Of a stretch of DNA of 64,000 nucleotides, positions 58,539 to 64,000 are shown one piece after another; position 1 is the first letter of the stretch, and the number at the start of each line of letters is the position of its first letter. The position numbers and the translations under genes were made by a program. The stretch covers positions 19,734-83,733 of the forward strand of contig CAVYGB010000003.1 of assembly GCA_963767925.1 (NCBI GenBank). The letters are read 5' to 3'. This DNA is from an uncultured delta proteobacterium. GTDB lineage: Bacteria; Myxococcota_A; Polyangia; Fen-1088. The notes beneath the pieces are model-generated. The model had not been told where the DNA came from. It worked only from the letters and a program-made list of their open reading frames with translations, and did not search any database.

Positions 58539-59519
58539 CGCGCGAGTCTCCGTGGTCGTGGACGGCAGGAGCGCGTGGCCTCTCGATGGTCGAACGAGCC
58601 CCGGCAGAAAACGCCGCGAGAGAATTCCGCGGGAGACCTTACCGATCGATACCGAAACATCCGGGGGGCTGAGTTTCGGACGGTTCCGATGTGACAGTTT
58701 CTCCCACATCAGCGACGGAAATATTTGCCCGCGCACCCGCATTCTCCACCGGCTGTCCAGAAACACGCATGTTAGGATGGCTCCCCTTCGCAACGGTGTC
58801 GGGTGGCATCGGGGCGCATGGGTCGAAGTCAGCCGTAGGAGGAGATCATGATGCTCGAGCGGCGCACAGAGGGAGCCAGCGATCGCGACCAGGACCGCCA
58901 CCAGGACCGCCAGCCGGCGACCAGTCCGCTCGAACCCACACCCTCCGAACCCGCCCGCCTGGAGTCAATCGACGACCCCTTCCGCGGCATGAGCGACGGC
59001 GACGTCCTCCAGCGGCTGGAGTGGCTGTAGGCTAGGTTGGGTTTCGGGTCAGTTGGGAGCGGGCGGCGGCAATGAGACCTCCGCCAGCGACCGCGCCAGG
59101 ACGCGACGGCTAGAACGCCTCTCGCGCTGAGCCGTCGCTTCAGGGGATGTGCACGCCTAACGCGTCGAGCCTCGACGACGGCCCGCGCGATCGAGTTGGA
59201 GGCGGCGCGCCGGATCGATTCGTTCTGCCTTCGTGGCCCGTGGGTGCTCGTGCTTGAGAGAACTCTGGCACCGACGTCGCTATAGAACTATGTTTCCCGG
59301 CTCTTCGGGGTTGGTTGGAAGTGGTAGGTTTCGGCAGGGGCACGTCACTCACTGACGTACCGACGTGGGTGTTTTGAACCTTGGCCGGACCGAGAGGCCA
59401 CTTTGGGTGGAGAAAACGATTCTGGTCCCCCTGGGCGGGAACTTTCACGTAACGCGGCGGTAGGACGGGGAGGTGTTCCAGCGCCCTTCGTGAGAACTCT
59501 CGAACACGTGAGGTAAAGC

Positions 59520-60911
59520 ATGAAATCACTGAAGAACTCCCCCGCGAGACTCCTCGCTCCAGCCGGATATGCTGGTGACATTGGTGCTCGCCGCTTACGC
59601 CTGCTCCTCAGAAGGGGATGGCGCCGGAACCGAGCGCCCCCGCCACGCCCCCGGTCGGCTCCACGCCTCCTCCCACCCCCGTGCCTCCAGCACCGCCGAC
59701 GCCGACGCCGTCGCCGCCGTCCACGCCCCCGAACGTGACGCCGCCGATGCCGACGCCTCCGCCGTCGACGCCCCCGGTCGATCCCCCCGTGGTGAATCCG
59801 CCGACCACGCCCCCGTCGCCTCCCGGCATGATGCCGCCGAGCAGCCCCCCCACGCCGCCACCGTCCATGCCGCCCGCGGCCGCGAACGTCGTCTGTGACA
59901 CCGCCCCGGCGATGACGCCTCCCGCCCTCCGGCGGAGCGCTCCGATCTCGATCCCGAACGGTGGACAGACCGGTCAGGTCGTAGGCGTACCCGGCGAAAA
60001 CGTCCTCTACGTGGTCGGTCACACCAACGGCCGTGTGCACATCGTGAAGGACGGCATGGCAACTGGCATGTCCCTCATCAACCCACCGCTCTCCGTCTCC
60101 GGCGGCGCGGGTGGGCCCGAAGCCGGCTTCCTGTCGATCGCGCTCCACCCCGAGTTTGCGAAGAACAAGCTCTTCTACGTCTTCTATACCGGGAACCCTG
60201 GCGGGCGGACCGTGGTCGACGAGTACGAGCGTCTGACCGATACCACCTCGATGAAGAAGAGGAACGTCTACGATCGGGCCCGCGCCAACAACGGCCCGTT
60301 CCACAACGGCGGGACGATCTATTTCAGCCCGAAGGATGAGAAGCCGTTCATTTACCTGTCAATCGGCGACCACCAGCAACCCGGCAGCTCTCGCGCGGCC
60401 AACGGTGTCGCCGGCCGAATCCTAAAGATCGACGTCGCCGCTGGCATGGCCGGCGTAACGAGCTACGGGCACGGCCTCCGGAATCCTTACCGCATGAGCA
60501 TCGACCGGGGCACCGGCGACATGTGGATCGGTGACGTGGGCAACGGTCAGGGTGGCGCCGTCAAGTTCAAGGCCGGCGGAAGCGAAGGCGTCACCGACTT
60601 TGGCTGGACCGGCGGCGAAGTCCCGGGTGGGATTAGCGGCTACCAGGTGGCGGTGCCGCCATCATGGTGGTGTCGTCTACCGCGGGAAGAAGATCGACGG
60701 GCTCTGCGGGCGATACTTCTTCGCTATGCACAGCACCGGTCAAGTCCGGTCGCTCATCCAGCAGGGTGGCCAGCGCGTCGGTGGCCTCGTGACGCACGGC
60801 GATCTTACTGTGCCTGGCCGGATCAGCTCCTTCGGCGAAGACGGCGAGGGCGAGATCTGGATGTCCAGCATGAATCAGAACGCGATCTTCAAGATCGAAG
60901 CTGCCAACTGA
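59520..60911 (+). CDS. PQQ-dependent glucose/sorbosone dehydrogenase-like lipoprotein, several frameshifts
   Basis: LSIALHPEF, HNGGTIYF, GLRNPYRMS, GDVG, ISSFGED; pieces in three frames (breaks ~59565, ~59630, ~60655). Confidence 0.75.
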
Positions 60912-60945
60912 TCCAGCCAGATTCTGGACTATCATTCAGCCCATT

Positions 60946-62407
60946 ATGACTCGCTCACCGAGCGCGCTCGCCGGCATCCTTTCGATCCTCGCCCTTGCGT
61001 GCGAGCCGATGGGAAGTGTGATTCCCGCTCCGTCCAACGACGCGGGAACCGGCGGGAGCGGGGGGAGAACGGGTCAGGGGGGCGCCGCTGGAACCGGAGG
61101 GGGAGGTGTCGACGCAATGGTCGACACCGCTCCCTCTCCGGATTCCGCCGGTCAGACACCGGATTCCAGCGCACCGGACCTCGGCGGCAGCGACAGCCAG
61201 GGCCCCTCGGTCTCGAGCGATTGCACGCCAGCTCTGCCGAACTCCCTGTTCTGCAACCCCCTCGGGCCCATGCCCCGGACCATAAAGGAAACGGGGATCT
61301 TTCCAGCGGCTCCAGACCTGACCAAGCACCCCGCGACGATGCTCGAATACGTGCCGGACCCCGCTCTCTGGAGCGACGGCATGGAGAAGCAACGGTTCAT
61401 GGTGTTGCCGCCTGGAAAGCAGATCGACAACACCGATCGGCAAGTCTGGCAATTTCCAACGGGCACCGTCTTTATAAAGACGTTTTTTGACGATTCCGGT
61501 CCGGGAGGCTCTTCCCGCGCGATTGAGACCCGCTTCATCCGCGCTGGAAAAACGACGCCGTACGAGTTCTATCTCTACCGCTGGAATCCCGAGGGTACGG
61601 ACGCGACCCTCGTTCTAGAGGACATCGCCGGGGATCCCGAGAAGGAGACCCTCGCTCCGGTTGTCATTAACCGGACGATCAACGGGCAGCCCTTTCGCGT
61701 GAACAACGGCCAAGCGTTCATGCATTCGCTGCCGTCACGGAACGCATGCGGCGAGTGCCACGAAGAGAACGGGATGCACGCGCAGGTGTTCATCGGCTTC
61801 GACGAGATTCGTCTCAATACGCCGTCGCCGCTGGCCGTGGGCAAGACGCAGCTGCAAGCGTTCGCCGAGGCGGGTGTCTTCAGCAAGCCGATCCCCACGG
61901 ACCCGCCAAGATTACCGATGACTCCAACGACAACGGTCGCCTGCTCCGGATCAAGCGATTCGTGTTCGGCAACTGTGTTCACTGCCATAGCGGCGCCTCC
62001 CAGGTCGACCTCCGTCCGGACGTCTTCGAGGAAAACACAATCGGGAGGGAGACCGAGGCGCAGAGCGTGATCCCGCCGATGGGTTGGCTTCGAGTGATCC
62101 CGCGCGATCCGGAGCGAAGCGTGTTGTTCGTGCAGGTAAGACGGCAGCCTCTTCCGGCCCCGGCGGGGGGCGGCACCACGAATCGCCTGAGAGCCATGCC
62201 CCCATAGGCGTCTCCCAGGTCGCCGCGGATCAGGAAGCGGTCGCGGATATCACTGCATGGATCATGTCGCTTCCTCTTCCGCGCTGCAGACGATCTCGTT
62301 CGATACTCGTCGCTCGAGGATGTGGCTGGGGCGCTTGCTCACTGGCCAGCGGTCGCAGGCCAAGGTCACGTGGCCCTGGGCGATACTCGAACCCAGGACG
62401 GAGATAG
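60946..62407 (+). CDS. Diheme c-type cytochrome lipoprotein, frameshifted (~61905, ~62200); 3' end uncertain
   Basis: LALAC lipobox, LWSDG.EKQR, FPTGTVFIKTF, IETR, CGECH and CVHCH, P.RS...MPP. Confidence 0.7.
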
Positions 62408-62413
62408 AAGCGC

Positions 62414-63603
62414 GTGACGTCGGGGGTCGGCGGAAAACAAGCAGCGTCCCCTCTGGAGACCATTGCCGCCTCGGTCGGTTTGCCGCTGGACGAATACCGC
62501 GAGCGGCGGCTGAAGCAGGCGGTTGTCTATGACCAGAGCTTCGGGAACTGGAACGTCTTTCGATATGTTGACGCCGCGAGGATCCTGAACGAGCCGACTG
62601 TGTTCTCGTCGGAGGGGAAGGGCTCCTATGCAATGGCCCTGCCCAGCATCGTCGGAATCGATGGCGGCAGGCACCGCAAGCTGCGGGGCCTGGTCGTTCA
62701 GGCGTTTACTCCGCGCATGGTCGATCAGCTGGTTCCGCGTATCCGTACCATCGCGGAAGAGCTTCTGCAGTCTGCGCAGGCGCGTGAGAGCTTCGACGTG
62801 CATTCAGGACTTTGCCTATCCGTTACCGATCCGGATCATCGCCGAGCTGCTCGGTATTCCGTTGCAGGACCAAGCGACTTTTCGGCGCTGGTCCGAGACC
62901 CTCGTGGCCGGGCCGCGCACGGATGCCCGGCGAGGTCGGTCGTTCGCGGAGGAACGCACACGGACTCTGGTCGAGCTGAACGACTACCTGGCGGGACAGC
63001 TGGAAGCCAGGCGCCGCACGCCCGGCGGTGACCTCATCAGCCGTCTTCTCGCCGCCGAGGTCGACGGAGAACGCCTGACGGAAACCGAGTTACTCGAATT
63101 CTGTCGCCTCCTGCTCATTGCCGGATACGAGACGACCGCCTGCCAGATTGGCATTGGCGCCCTCGCGCTCGCGGAGATGCCCGACGTGGCTGCGGAGTTG
63201 CGGGCCGATCCTGCTCTGGTCCCATCGGCGGTCGAGGAGCTGGTGCGGTGCTTTCCTTCCGGTCGCCGCCACGGTGAGGGTGGCGCTCGCCGACGTCGAG
63301 TTGGGAGGTCAGAAGATCGGCAATGGGCAGTCTCTGATCGTGTGGGCGGGCTCCGCAAACTACGACGACGCGGTCTTCGCCGAGCCGGAGCGCTTCGATA
63401 TCCGAAGGTCGCCCAATCGACACCTTGGCTTCGGACTTGGACCCCACTCTTGCCTGGGGGCGCCCCTTGCCCGCCTGGAGGTGCGCCTCGCGCTCGAGGT
63501 CTTGCTCGGACACCTGGCACGAATCGAACGAGCTGAGGGGATCCTCGAACCCATGGAGAGTCCGTTTCTTCTCGGCGTGAAGAACCTCATCCTCAAGGTG
63601 TGA
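62414..63603 (+). CDS. Cytochrome P450, frameshifted (~62801, ~63258)
   Basis: HRKLR..V..AFTPR, AGYETT I-helix, EELVR, PERFD, HLGFGLGPHSCLG. Confidence 0.88.
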
Positions 63604-64000
63604 CCGGAAGCGGCAGCGTCTCTCGTGTCACAGCCCGTCGAATCGGCACCGGACGAGGAGACGCCGCGTTGAGGAACGGGCCGTCTCGTTCCTCACTTCC
63701 GATCTCGCCAAAGTTGTTGTGGGTCTCCTGACATCTTCGTGGGTGTCCGATTCCGCGTCTTGCTGAAGCCTGGGCCGGCGGCCAGGCTACGCCCTGGCCG
63801 GATCTTGGCCCTCCGGCAGCGACGGGCGGCGGGGTCCAGGCTCGCGTAGCGACGGCCGCAGGCCGCTGGGCCTGGACGCCGCCGACAGGCGCTGGTACCC
63901 CCACTTGGCGCGTGCGGCGACCTGGGGGTCAGTCACGGCTCTGGCGGCGCGTTCTCGTCGGAAGACGGGTCTCTGCGGGCGCCACGTGCACCCACGAAGA

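Noticed and set aside
58848..59030. 60-aa small ORF with a good RBS
   Set aside because: May be real but has no recognisable motif, so no function could be supported.

Overview
High-GC (roughly 70%) chromosomal segment that looks myxobacterial (Myxococcota/Polyangia-like): Cys-rich and vWA lipoproteins, a PEGA Ser/Thr kinase, TPR-PEGA. Main content: MutS2, an MMPL-MlaC-TolC operon, an IclR-Rieske-2x CrtI-like-GcvT catabolic operon, GT-C membrane glycosyltransferases, RidA plus a PLP enzyme, a solo DGQHR protein, an FRG protein, a four-helix-bundle gene, and a lower-GC tail (GSDH, diheme cytochrome c, P450). I saw no rRNA, tRNA, CRISPR-Cas or intact transposase. Many single-base frameshifts suggest long-read indel errors. 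Most interesting: (1) two orphan paralogs with an identical 56-aa C-terminus resembling T3SS needle/filament subunits, both preceded by GCAAC-N15-CCGA, a motif also found before two other exported-protein genes; (2) two ~165-bp CTAG-bounded hairpin elements with unrelated arms but a conserved core, each at a stop codon; (3) two related REP-bracketed elements with internal tandem arrays (4x80 bp and 12x60 bp); (4) a microhomology deletion scar joining queA-like and XRE-cupin gene ends.
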